A program made the translations under genes and the position numbers. A DNA stretch of 64,000 nt, from the NCBI GenBank assembly GCA_013265495.1, contig MU058584.1:7654407-7718406 (forward strand). Direction: 5' to 3'. The DNA comes from Vicugna vicugna. Lineage: Eukaryota. Below the pieces are notes generated by a model that was not told where the DNA came from, made no database searches, and was given only the letters and a program-made list of their open reading frames with translations. Of the stretch, positions 51,201-62,321 are shown piece by piece (positions within the stretch are counted from its first letter, which is position 1; each line of letters begins with the position of its first letter).

Positions 51201-53155
51201 AAGTTCCTATGATATAACTGTAAGCCTTCTGACCTTAGAATTAAAAAGTAGTCATATAGATTATTTTATGACTTTTTAGTAGAGACTGTAGCCATAATTC
51301 TCAAATATGAAATGGGACCTAATACCAGTATGTGATAAATGTTGATGTTTTCTGTGTACACACACATCTTCTATGCATGTGTCTCTATGTATACGGCATA
51401 TATTTGGAATTACATAGTATATTTGTTTCTGTAAGTACATATATTTTGTGCCCCTCTGGGTAAGTAGGTTTAAAATCACACGTTAAAATACCACAAGCAT
51501 GAGTGTGATTGTATGTGTATTGTACATATATGTATATGTGTGGGTGTAAATATTTATGTACACATGTGCTTTGTACGTGTGGGTATGAATCTATTTTTTA
51601 AACAGTGCTAATACAAGAGTTAGCTTTAGAGTATTTGCCATAACACGTGATAACGGTGGTTCATTTCTCTTAACGTACGTGAGATATACCACATTTTCTG
51701 CAGATTCATTCTGAGAGACGCAGAGCTCAGAATTCCCATGACATCATGGCAGAAGAACACTGACAGGCATTTACATCTGAATCCACAGCACTGCTATCTA
51801 AGGAGAAACTATCTTTGCCAACATAGCGCAAAACAAGTGTCAGATCTGGAAGCCTACCTTTAAGAACCCTGATTAGAATCATAAATTATTCTTCGCTTGC
51901 TGGGCTGAGTCTTAGAAAGCTAAGTTGGTCTACATAGTCATTTTTTTTCTCAACGGTAAATGTCAAAAAAAAATGCAGTAGAGGGAAACAGCAATATGAT
52001 ACAAGTAGAGGATTTTTCTGAGTAAATTTGTTTAAAATGCAGGAAAGAAGTTATGTGATACCTGAGAGGCAGGGCATCCATCCCCTTTTTCAGGTACACA
52101 TTTTTCATTTGGCAAACAATATAATTATTTGACATTGACAGGCATCTCCTTAACGTGGAGAATAATACCTAAATACTAGACCTCTCAACTATGGAGCTCA
52201 GTGAAAGAAGATAATGTTTGAGACTCAAGCCATGAGTTATGTCATTTCACCAAGAGGACTGCAAGCGGTGAGCTCAGAGTTGAGTGTGAAGGAAGCGAGA
52301 TGATTTCAGAGAAACGACAATTGGGTCGCTTATATCACTCATTTGTTTCTTAAAAACTCAAATGTGTCTTCTAGATAATCTTCAGTCATCGTGTCTAACT
52401 GGTATGTTTAAAATTATGTGGTGCTCTGTATTGTGAAACTTTAAGAATATTTTGAAGCATATATAGTATAGGCATTGATATTTATATATGTATATGTGTG
52501 TGTAGGAAGGTGTGTATGTTGAGAGCAAGAGAGAGGAAACTCAAGGAAGAGTTTCCTGTTTGTCTTAGGACCTGTTCACGCTGGTACATTGGCGAGACTT
52601 CTCGCCAGTCTGATCTGGGATTTCACACGTGGCTCGGCCCAAGGCATTCATTACTTTCTGATTTTTACCCTCATATTCCTTAAACTTTGCACATTATATC
52701 ATGTTTTTAAACTTATGATAAAATTACCCTGTCTAACCTCCTGCGTTGTCTGTTGCCAATTTGATAGAAAGGATTCCTCCCAAGCAGAAATTCCACTGTT
52801 ACTTGATTTGCGTTTAATTTCACACGTACGGCCTTTGTTTTACTCGCTTGTCTATGTTTCTTTTCTCTCCCTTTTCTGAATCAATATCCTCTTTTGCTTT
52901 TTGTATATAAAGAAGCAGTGTACAAAAGCAAAATCTTATCTTCTCTGTTGATGAATTAATTTGAGCCGGAATACTTTCCACTGTCTTCGTGGCACTTTCA
53001 GGATTTCTTAATGCTGATATATGGACGGACTCTGTGAATGGAATTTTTGGAGCAAGTTCCTAAAGCCTGTATCATTCTTGAAGGTCACATGTACCTATTG
53101 TGAAAATGTGAAGCTGTATTTCTGAACCTGAAATAAATGATACATTTGAAGGACT
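48276..53155 (+). other. DNM3: Long DNM3 3' UTR (tail a), about 4.9 kb
   Basis: AT-rich stretch with no repeats I recognised, running from the stop to AATAAA at 53132. The 3' end is inferred. Confidence 0.75.
53132..53137 (+). terminator. DNM3: Distal AATAAA poly(A) signal of DNM3 exon a
   Basis: AATAAA preceded by two TGTA (CFIm-type) elements at about 53090 and 53115. Confidence 0.7.
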
Positions 53156-54369
53156 CCCCCTTCCTCATTCCTGTACATATCTGAGTCGTGTCTATGCTTA
53201 TCGGTAAGATCTGAGACTTCTAAATATTTGTGACTCTTTTGATCCAGTTGGCCCAGAATTACCAATGCGGAGAAAGGTAGCATTTGGCGTTACTGTCAAG
53301 AACTTGGGGAAGGATGGGATTTTTAACAGGCGCAAACTAGACAAATCAAGGGCAGGAGAGCGGGAGACATTTTAGTCCTGATTTGAAGTCATTGTTGTAG
53401 TAGGTTAAAGGACATAAACCTTGGACAGCTGGAGGGTGCAAAGTGACACCTGCCAAGACGCACTGTGATATTTTGCCACTGAAAGGGAGATGGTCATGAA
53501 AAACTGGGAAGTAGCAGGAGGAAGAGTACTCTATGCAAACGTTAGGTCTACAGAAGACATTTCTTACAGAAAACAACTGAGGTCCTGACTCCACAGCCAG
53601 CCTCCATTGTTTAGTCATTGGGCATTGAGGGGAGAGGTTACCCCTTTCCATTCCCCCAGTATTAAGATAATGGCAGAGTATTCAGTCGTCACACGTCCTT
53701 ATCCTAACCGGGTTTCCAGAGACTAAAGAAAGGTCCTTTGTTACAAGAGTTTCAATGATAGGTCCCCTATCAACATATAGAGACCCAGATTTTGCCATCT
53801 GAAAGCAGAAGGCAGGAAGCGGGGTGGGGTGGGGAATGCTGGTTCCCTTTCCCTCTGTGTTCAGGATAAGCTCCTTGTGACAAGATGAATGGGAAAGACT
53901 GCTGGATTAATTCACGCCTTCCTGTTGTAATTTCTTTCTCGTATCGATCCGTCTTCCATGGGTGGAGCCATCAATGCCTTCAAGGGAGACTTGCGAATGG
54001 AAGGGAGAGTCACGATGAGGATCGTGCTGTGCACTTGTGTTTTGTGTGTGCGCGTGTGTATGTGTGACTGCATGATTCCATATTCAGAACTGTTCTTGAT
54101 GGAAATTGACAAAACCAAAGGACCTTACTGTAACTGTCTGGCAAACTCCCATTTGTATTTTAAAAGTAGTTCTGACAACAGTGTAAATATCAGTTCGTTT
54201 TTGAGATTCTTGTTTTTCTGCCGGAATCTTTGAATTTCATACTGGGAAGTGCTGACTTCACCCCACACCTGGCATCGCCACCTTTAAGGCCGTTCGTGGG
54301 TGTTCTTTCACACTCAGGCAGCTTGATACTTACAGTGCCTGCAAGACACGTTGGCTAAAACTACAGCCT

Positions 54370-54632
54370 TAATTTGGGGTTTCCCAAAATCCATTCCATG
54401 AGATTTTTAATAAGTTTTACACACACATACACCAAGGATTTCTTGATTAAATATACTTGGGAAATGGTGACTAAAAATTGTTTCTTTAGTGGAAGACTTA
54501 ACAGAAGCTTTAATATCAGATTGCAGGCTTAGTGTCTACGTGTTTCTCAGACTTTTTTGACTAACAATGCTTTGTTCCTAGAGCCTCTCCCAGGACCAGT
54601 GTTCTCAGGGACGTGCCTTCGGAAACACTGCT
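54370..54632. mobile_element. Possible hAT-Charlie relic
   Basis: Inverted-end-like ggtttcccaaa ... ttcggaaacactg. Family not resolved. Confidence 0.35.
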
Positions 54633-57529
54633 TTAGTGGCTTTAGGCCAGAAGGAAAAGGCACTGAGTGAGATCAGTCAGGCTGTCACTAACACAAAGTT
54701 GTGTGATAAAATCAAATGTAGTAGGTAGCAACCAGAGCTCCCAACTCAGGACAGTCCTCCTGGAGCTCTGTCCTTGGTCACAGTGGTGTCTGAGACCCCG
54801 GGAGGGAGGTCCCAGAGGAGCAGATAGAGACATACACACAGCGGCTCCTAGGGAGCCTGGTGGAGGCCTCGGATACTTTTCAGTATTAGCTTTTCTCTCT
54901 CCGTCTCCAAAAATGAACCCCTTTAAATTAATTACATTACCCCATTGTCTTCTTGCAGAAGGAGGGCTCTAGGTTGACTCCAAAGTTAAGATCATCAGAG
55001 AGGAGTTGAGAAGCATGAGTATTCATATTGCTTTCTTGCCTTTCTTTCCCAAGCCTTCCGGCTCACCCGCCGCCCTGGGATATTAAGTTATCTAAGTGAT
55101 TGGCAAAGAGAACAGGTAAAGACTGTTTTGTGAGATGATAACAGAAAAGAAAAAATACACATTATTTAAAAAAGACCTTCCTGGGGTTTTTGCCGGAGGA
55201 ATGTCACCATAAGAACGGACTGCAGCACTGAGGTAGATCCCAGAGGATGTGGGTAATTCATCATTCGTGTTCATAATTAAACCTTTATTATAGGAATTAT
55301 GCCCATGTTCCAGAGACAGATTGTCCTGCCACCTTACCTTTCCTGTTTTGGCCAAACGATTCTATGAAGTCATTTTTCAGAAAGCTCAAGGAAGTATAAC
55401 CTGAAATTATAATCTTGAGTGCCTGGAGTTCGCTTGTGTGGTGAATGCTGGCAATGATGAGCTTTAAGACGGGCCAGCATCTCGGTGTCCCGACTCAGTA
55501 CTCCACCGTTCACGTTAGAGGCGGCAACCATATGAGGCGCCTTTGCAGCCCTTCCTATAAAAACCCTCAGTATTTTCAGCCCTTGCCTTCAAGCACTTCA
55601 ACATTGTGTTAAGTTGTACAGAAAGTTCTGGAAAAGAAATGGTCACAACGCAGACTGCCGAGATCCAGAACAAAAGTCTTTCTGACCCACGGCACGGTGT
55701 CCTCGTCCACGATGATTTTTTTGGCAACGAGAGGAAAGTTAGATGCAGGTTGAGTGAAGAGGAGGAGAAGGGAGCGAAGGGGACAAACGTCACGCTGCTG
55801 CCCGCAGCAGACATCCTGGCTGTCCGTGAAGTGTCCTCCACGACATAAGGTTTCTGATCCTCCCTCTGGCCTAGAACACCGAACACACGCAGGCAGGAAA
55901 GCGCTCTGGCCTGTGCTGACAAAATGTCCCTTCAGCACTGTGGACTCGCTGTTCAGTTTAACGGCTCGCCTCCCCGCCCTGCTGAGGTCATTAAAGTGTT
56001 CCAAAGCCCCTTCAGAACTCAAAAATAGTTTCTGTCTGCTGGGCAGGTGATAAATCTCATTGAGCCTGACAGGAATTTAATTACACTTTCTTCATGAAAA
56101 CACCAGGGACACCCATTACCTGGATCTCTAAAGCTAAAGGCTTGCAGACCCCCCGCAGTTGAAAGGTTATGGACCAATAACAAGTTCTTCATCATTTAAA
56201 TGGATGGGAGGCCTCCTTAAGTGCAGCCAGCTTAAATTGGACCAAATTAAAATTGGTCTTGGACTTTGGGGAAGGTAAGATCGGTTTTGTTTGTTGTTTT
56301 TTTTTTTTAACCACTGCTGAGAAATAGCCCGGTAAGTTTGGATCCATTAACATCTCCTAGAAGATGAAAAAGCAGTTTTGTTTTTGTTTTTGTTTCTTTG
56401 TAGACCTCATTGCTCCACTCACTGAGGTGTTAACAGAAGTAAAATGGAAGTGAATATGTTGTTGAACACCTGGATGTGTAGCCAGAAGGAAGTTCCGCAG
56501 GGAGCAGGGTGCTGAACCAGCCTCTGAGTTCTATGGCTTGCCGTAATGTTGAGCTCATTACCAACCGATTTAGAAAAAGGAAATTAAATGTAGATGTCTG
56601 CTGGAAACCCGTGGGGCAGCTTCACTGGGCCTGCTGTTTTCTTACAGAACTGTCCGTTGCCACATAGCATTTACTGTATCTTCCTAGCATCACATCATCC
56701 AGAGGGGCTGATGTCAAAATGAAGCACAGCTCTGGACCCTTACTTCACAAGCAGCGGGACAAGATGCCAGCCAGGCTAGGGATACGGAGGAAGAGCCAGC
56801 AAACCAGATTTCATTTACCCTGGACCCCGTTCAAAATAAATGGGACCTTCAGTTGCCCTTAAGCGTGAGACGGAGGGAAATCTCACGGAATCCTGGGGTC
56901 ACCATGGACCAGATGTAGCCTCGTAGTTTTCCCTGGGCCTGGAAAGGCTGTCACATCAGGATTTTCACGTGGAGCAAATTCTGCTTTACAAATCCTCTAA
57001 GGTCAGCCCCTGATATTTTCTGCTTTGTGATTACATTGCTCATTTGATCTCCTGCCACCTTCTAATTTCCTTCATCTTAAAAAAATTTTTTTTTCACTGG
57101 TCATATGTCTGTATCCACTCCCTCCCCCCCTGTGGAGATTTCACAACATTTATTGAAATCACAAAATCAGGGCTAGGAAACAAATACTCAAGTCATAAAG
57201 GTATGTGGCTCTGGTCCTGTTCCCATTGCTCTGAATAGGATGGCGTGGATTTATCATCCATGGTACAAAATAATAAGGCTTTCGAGTGGGCTCAGCTGGC
57301 TCAAACCCAGCACACGGCTGGTTCAGGAAATGTGCTAGGAGCTGCTTACGGTGCCATGTGGTCCTCTCTCTTTTCCCCTGCATGTCTGCTTGTTTCTTGT
57401 CTGATTTGGATTTGATTTTTGTGAGATATTTTTGCATGCTCTTACTTGCATTTGTTTTATAATTTAAACATTGTTTTCTTCCTCTGCATCTGTGTTTTTC
57501 TGTTTGTTATTTTGTTTTGTTTTCACTAG

Positions 57530-57566
57530 GCGACCCCCTCCTGCAGTTCCAGGACGACCATCCTAA
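57530..57566 (+). CDS. DNM3: Dynamin-3 distal alternative last exon 'c', coding part RRPPPAVPGRPS*
   Basis: Very long T-rich tract ending tttcactAG|G CGA CCC CCT CCT GCA GTT CCA GGA CGA CCA TCC TAA. Phase-2 compatible, PRD-like peptide, with its own AATAAA about 115 nt downstream. Confidence 0.85.
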
Positions 57567-57682
57567 CCCCCCATCACTCATCTCCTTTTGTTTCTGACAA
57601 CATGTCCATGTGGTATTTAAAAGCCTTTCATTTGCACTATATGTCATATGTACATAAAAACTTTTATTTTTGATCTGTCTAT

Positions 57683-57688
57683 AATAAA
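57683..57688 (+). terminator. DNM3: AATAAA poly(A) signal of exon c
   Basis: AATAAA with upstream TGTACATA (57649) and a downstream GT/T-rich tract (57722-57740). A genomic A-run at about 57708-57716 could mis-prime oligo-dT. Confidence 0.7.
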
Positions 57689-59871
57689 AACAAAGTGTAT
57701 TCTATATAAAAAAAAAGGAAATGTGTTCTGTTTCTTTTTCTCAAGAAGACCAAAATTAAAATAGGAGTTTGTTTCAAAACCAGGTAAGATGAAAAAATAC
57801 ATAATTAGATCTTTTAAGGAGCTTAAATTGAAAATGATTGACTTTAAGTTCTTAACGCATTGTGATTTAAGACTATTTGGTGGAGAATAATTATCTTCAG
57901 TGGAAGTGTCTGTCCAACAGAAGAGTGAAAGATGAAGTAAAAATCCTGGGTATCAAGAAAAGACACAGAAGCCTGAAATTTTCAGCCTGTCTCCAGGAAT
58001 CCCATTAATAATTATTGAACAAAGACATTTTTTTTCCTATTTGTATGACTTTTCTGAGAGATAAAATATGTAAGACTATGGAGACAAAAGATGTAACATT
58101 ACAGGAGAAATCGTAGGTCTGAAACACAGAAATCTCACACATTCTATTTGGCAGAAACACATCATTGGGATAAAAGTACAAGACAAAGAGATGTTGCCAC
58201 GTTGAGAGGAAAGAGTCTTACTGATGTCAGTAAATGCTGGAAGATCAGAGTTTATACGAGTTTATAGGAAAAGAGAACTTATTTTTATACCTTAATCTTC
58301 AAATGATAATTCCAACACTGAAATTTTAAGCTATCATTAAAGACAAATCCCAAAGATTTATCCAAGTAAAATGTTTATTATTAGGGTAATACAGCCCCTC
58401 CTGCCAAGTATGTGATCTGAAGCCTTCCCCAAAGTTTGAGATTTCATTCAGAATTTTCTTTTTGAAGATTTACCTGGTCTAAATTAGATGAGATCGCTTC
58501 CCAACGTGCCTCACTGTAGCATAGTAAGACAAACACCACCGTTCATCCAGACTCCATGGTCCACTCACTTCATGCCTGGCCTGTGTGAGCCCTGGCGGAG
58601 AGAGGCAGCATGGACGATGTGGGCAGGGACCTCCCGTTCAACCACGGGGACCCCTCACTAACAGTGCTCTTTACCTGGGCCAAAAAAACCTAAGGACTAT
58701 GTTCTCCTCCCCAAAATGCAATAAAAAGCCATTTTATTTCTCAGGTTTGAAATTTTCACATGGCAAGTCAGGTCCACATGTACGTGCATCCCAGGTCCAG
58801 TGACTGTGAGTGAGAAGCACTAACAAAGAGGAAAATTCAAAGGCACCAGAGCCAAGGGTCAACCAAAGCTCCAGTTTACCTGGAGGTGACTGCGTTGATG
58901 CCAACTGTCACAAGACCCAGTCTGCTGCGCCTGCCTTCCCTTCCCGTCCAGGCATTTGATTTCTTAATCAGCTTTCTGATCGGGTAGCATTCTCGTCTGA
59001 GATCATTCTCATCCCAACAGACACAGTGTTCCTGGATCATATCATACCACCTCCCCAGACACAAGCAGAGGTGGTTAAAGGGGAGGTTTCCACCAGTTCA
59101 TTGTTTTAAGGTGTTTAGTCCTTTTCCGCTGTGTCTTAAACGTGAACTTATTTTTATACGCCGTGTTACACTGTGTAGATGTTTAAAACTTAGATAGCCT
59201 TGCTGACCATGAGAAAGGAAAGCTCAAGTCGTCACAGAATGAAAGGGTTCCCTGGGGACCTTACTCAGTTTCCTCAACAAGAAGGTGTAGCCCCTTCCTC
59301 ACGTTCGGCAGCAGGAGAGAAGAAAGGGGGTGGGGGAAGGAAGCAGACTGGAGTAAAATGAAATGGAGGTTTGGTCCTATTTCTTCACTGTCTGTAGTGT
59401 CTCTGTGTTTCACGACCCCATTCACCCTTCCCTGGCTGTCCCTGCCGCCAGCCCCAACCTCAGTCCTGGATGGAGAGCTGGAGACGGACAGTTCTTCCGA
59501 GTTGCCCGCAACTGAGGATCGCCGGGAGGAGTAAACTACATTATCTTGAATAAACACCCTATTTCTTAAATATTCTCATCCCTTTATTTATGCATCAAAC
59601 CTTTCTTGAATTTGTAAGAACATCCTAGTTACTGGGGACACCAGAGAAGTTAACAGGATAAAAGTGACCGAATATCTAAGCAATTACAGAACAGAGCTAT
59701 GACAGGAGAAAGCTTAGGTCATTTTTCCAGGGAGAACTGTTACTGACTGCAGTGCTGAAGCCGCTCTTTGAGTCCTAGAACCAAATTATCCGCTTGACCC
59801 AGAGCCTGCTAACATTCCAGAACGTGGTGATTTTGACCTCTGACAAAGAATGCAGCAATGGAACTCATTTC

Positions 59872-59882
59872 AGCCAATCAGA
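59872..59882 (+). promoter_or_regulatory. NF-Y CCAAT box in the likely C1orf105 promoter
   Basis: AGCCAATCAGA consensus about 240 nt upstream of the C1orf105 ATG. Confidence 0.5.
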
Positions 59883-60119
59883 AACCAAACCTTGCATTCC
59901 TAATGGAATAGTTTAATACGAGACTCCAAATCACTCAAATGCTGGTTGAGAAGGACACAGTGGTATTGAACCTGGAGTCGTCTGTTAACTTGGCTTTGGC
60001 TTCTAACAAAAAAAAAGCTTGAGATTCAGAAGGTCCTCCACAGAGGTCTTCCACTGGACGCAGTGACAGGAGTTAGAGTCCCCTGGTCTCCAGGCAGAAA
60101 CACCCAGGACACCCAGGAG

Positions 60120-60140
60120 ATGGAGAAAAGAGAACTAAAG
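60120..60140 (+). CDS. C1orf105: First coding exon of the C1orf105 orthologue (MEKRELK); the gene continues beyond the window
   Basis: gagATGG strong Kozak context, ATG GAG AAA AGA GAA CTA AAG|GTAGGG donor. Matches the N-terminus of human C1orf105 as I recall it, and the known DNM3-C1orf105-PIGC gene order. Confidence 0.8.
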
Positions 60141-61869
60141 GTAGGGAAAAATAAACAAAACTTTGCATCCTTTCCTCAGGGAGTTCCACCTATAAATAAA
60201 TGTCTGTAAGCCGCAGGAGCCACATATACACTGAGGGGTGTTTCAACAAACATCCTAAAGTTAAAAGCCAAAAGGAGATAGGGAAGTAGCCTCTGTTGTT
60301 CATTTACAAACATGGATACCTTCAATGAGCTTGGAGCCCGTACTTACCGCCTCTTTATCCCAGAGTCTGAAAAATGCTTGCTAGCATCTGTTTTATAACT
60401 CAGCACTAAGTATGATTTTAAAAAATCAGAAAATTGAAATCTTTAGTCCAGGTCCATGAGATTCTGAAATAAACCATTGCAACTGTGAATCCGTTGTAAA
60501 GACATGAACCCCACCCTCATCCCCAGAAAGAAAAGATCGCTGAACAAGAAAAAGTTTCTTCTGTAGCCCTTTATAATACTGCAGCCCATATCTGAACAAA
60601 TCAAGGGGAGTGTACGCTCCCACACCTCCACGTGTCCCCCATCTAAAGGGACACGCCAGCTGCGTCCACCGCCACCACACACACCTGTTTTTGTTTGTTG
60701 TTTTTTCTACCGCAAGGTACCACTGAATCGCGATCCTGTCGCCATACTGAGACCAGATTAAGTGGCAGGTTGTTGGATGAGTCAAGCCCATAGAGTGCCC
60801 CTCCCACGCTGTTTTCAATCAGGTCACGTTTTCCAGTGCTTTATATCAGGTCCTGATTTTCAGCCCCAGGTCATTTTCAGGGACGCTCCCGAGCGGGAGC
60901 CCCGAGCAGGCACAGAGTCAAGAAAGCCTGGCAAGCGCTGGGGGCCAGACGCACGTAAGGACCTCAAGATAGCGACAGAGGCATCACCGCAGTGGGTTCT
61001 CCCTCTCAAGACAGCTGCTAGCAAAGTATACTTTTGAAGCTCCATATAACACAACAGAGAAAACTACTCTTTCAGGTTTTTAAGAGCTGTGTTTTCTTCC
61101 ACCCGTGTTTTTCTCTGTGGGTACCTTCCGGAGGCAACGGAGAGCCAGTGAGAGCCAAGGAGATCGTTCCTTTGCCTGCTGCTCTTTCCTCTTTTAAAGA
61201 CAAAAGTGCTCTCAGCTCCAGACACAAAAGCTGCCTGGGGCCTAAAAATCTGTTGATTTTGCAATTTGGAAAAGAGTGGGAGGCCCACAGTGTTCTCACT
61301 GAGCAGCGTCCAAATGTTCCCTGGGCCCCGCACACGGCCGCGGGGCCTTCCTGGAGTGCGAGCGCTGCCAGCGGGGCTCAGCAGAGCAGCCGCCGCTCCT
61401 CCGGCCGGCTTCCACCGGGGCCCGAGGGACCGCCGTCCTGGACCTCTGCGTTGGGAGATTCTGTGCTCCCTCATCCCTGCCAAATCATAGCCAAGGGATT
61501 GGAGAGCTGGTCTGTTGAGGGCACACGACCTCACTCGGGCTGATCCCTGGGGTACTGGTGCCGGGCTGCCTTTCTAGGCCCCTTTCCCCGGCTCTCCTGT
61601 CCCCGCATTACCTGATGCGCGCTGGGAGGCACCAGTGCCAGGGGGCTGCCGGACCCCTGGTGCTGAGCAGATGCTGGGCTGCTAGGAAACAGAGACTTCC
61701 TCAGCACCGTCCCTCTGGGGAGTCCTGTGACTCACAGCCACGTACCTGGGGGGAAAACGCTGCTTTGATTTGGCTGGTGATTGTCATTGTACCGCCAGGT
61801 AAACGGGCCGGCGCTAACTGCACCTGTGAGTTGGCAAAAGGCAAGAAGACACCAAAAGCAGTGGTGTGG

Positions 61870-62321
61870 TGTTAAGGAGAAATTAATCCATCAATCTAAG
61901 AAAGAAATAGAAAACTTTGTTTGAGCCAAATTTGAGGATTATAATCCGGGAAGAGCATCTCAGAAAACTGAGAACTGTTCCGCCAATCAGTTTTACAGTT
62001 TTTTGAGGCAGAGATCTGTGCAGCAAATGACGTATTATTGACAGTTTACCTAATCAAGATTTAACCGTCGTCTTGGTGGGTCACGTGACCCTGCACGAGC
62101 TCACGAAGGAATGTTGTCGGTTCAGGAGTTGTCTCAATGCTGGGAGAACGCTGCTCTTCATGGCTGAGCAGGTATTTCTGCTGATGGAAACGGGGTTTGG
62201 TCGATGCCTAGTGCAGATACACAAGGCACAGCGTGGGCAGAGAGGAGGCCAAAGGGCAGGAAACAATTTTTTGTGTTTGGATTTTTCTTGGCTTGGCATA
62301 AAACAGGAATTTTATTTCACA
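61870..62321 (-). mobile_element. ERV1-class solo LTR, 452 bp, with perfect 4-bp TSD
   Basis: TG...CA termini flanked by GTGG (61866-61869 and 62322-62325). Orientation inferred from minus-strand ggctcaAACAAA, a degenerate poly(A) signal near the 61870 end. Confidence 0.8.

Noticed and set aside
61034..61543. Overlapping 169-aa (+) and 156-aa (-) ORFs
   Set aside because: GC-rich sequence with no recognisable domain or splice support; the + ORF starts at a non-ATG codon.
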